From NCBI GenBank assembly GCA_902466735.1, contig CABQSB010000009.1, positions 21,352 through 85,351 of the forward strand: a stretch of 64,000 nt of DNA. Direction: 5' to 3'. The stretch is from an uncultured Collinsella sp. (GTDB lineage: Bacteria > Actinomycetota > Coriobacteriia > Coriobacteriales > Coriobacteriaceae). Shown here piece after piece: positions 57,687-64,000 of the stretch. Under the pieces are notes generated by a model. It had not been told where the DNA came from and did not search any database. It saw only the letters and a program-made list of their open reading frames with translations. Each line of letters starts with the position of its first letter. Position 1 is the stretch's first letter. Both the position numbers and the translations under genes were made by a program.

Positions 57687-64000
<6,314 letters not shown>

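Overview
High-GC (about 65%) bacterial chromosomal window. Nearly all genes are on the minus strand. The gene content fits an anaerobic Actinobacterium of the Coriobacteriia type, but that is an inference, not an identification.

**Left third (1-24.8 kb).** Two operons match the E. coli ygeW-ygeX-ygeY-hyuA / mocA-ygfK-ssnA-xdhD cluster, i.e. the selenium-dependent molybdenum hydroxylase and purine (urate) catabolism island. Each operon is paired with a divergent YheO-like PAS/HTH regulator. The second operon includes an NCS2 permease, and a RidA gene sits next to it. Between the two operons is an accessory patch: a Pro/Ala-rich membrane protein, a DEDDh exonuclease, and a truncated DUF4143 ATPase. 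A DUF559/AbiEi-like gene in that patch is embedded between two arrays of a roughly 62-bp repeat, and each array carries a terminator-like module.

**Middle (25-32 kb).** A U32 peptidase, an RluA pseudouridine synthase, a DeoR regulator with a Gfo/Idh/MocA oxidoreductase, and an IS3-family insertion sequence (orfA/orfB, A7 slippery site, TGA-type inverted repeats, ATT target duplication).

**Right half (32-64 kb).**
- The S10/spc ribosomal-protein operon, rplC through rplX, is cut off after rplX by a terminator and the IS.
- Upstream of it lies a Streptococcus-style FASII cluster: fabH-acpP-fabK-fabD-fabG-fabF-accB-fabZ-accC-accD/A, plus a PTS EIIC, a CDF transporter and a histidine phosphatase.
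- Next comes a BirA-like biotin ligase, then rpsJ detached from rplC, then fusA-rpsG-rpsL with no tuf.
- An ECF sigma / DUF4179 anti-sigma pair is flanked by 45-bp inverted repeats.
- The window ends with rpoC, which carries a C-terminal alpha-CTD-like extension, and the 3' part of rpoB.

**Most unusual.** A 68-nt conserved core flanked by copy-specific perfect inverted repeats of 25-41 bp occurs three times. It shows compensatory hairpin substitutions between copies. Each copy sits just upstream of a minus-strand operon start (ygeY, rplC, rpsL). The long plus-strand ORFs in the six-frame track are antisense artefacts of the GC-rich coding strand.
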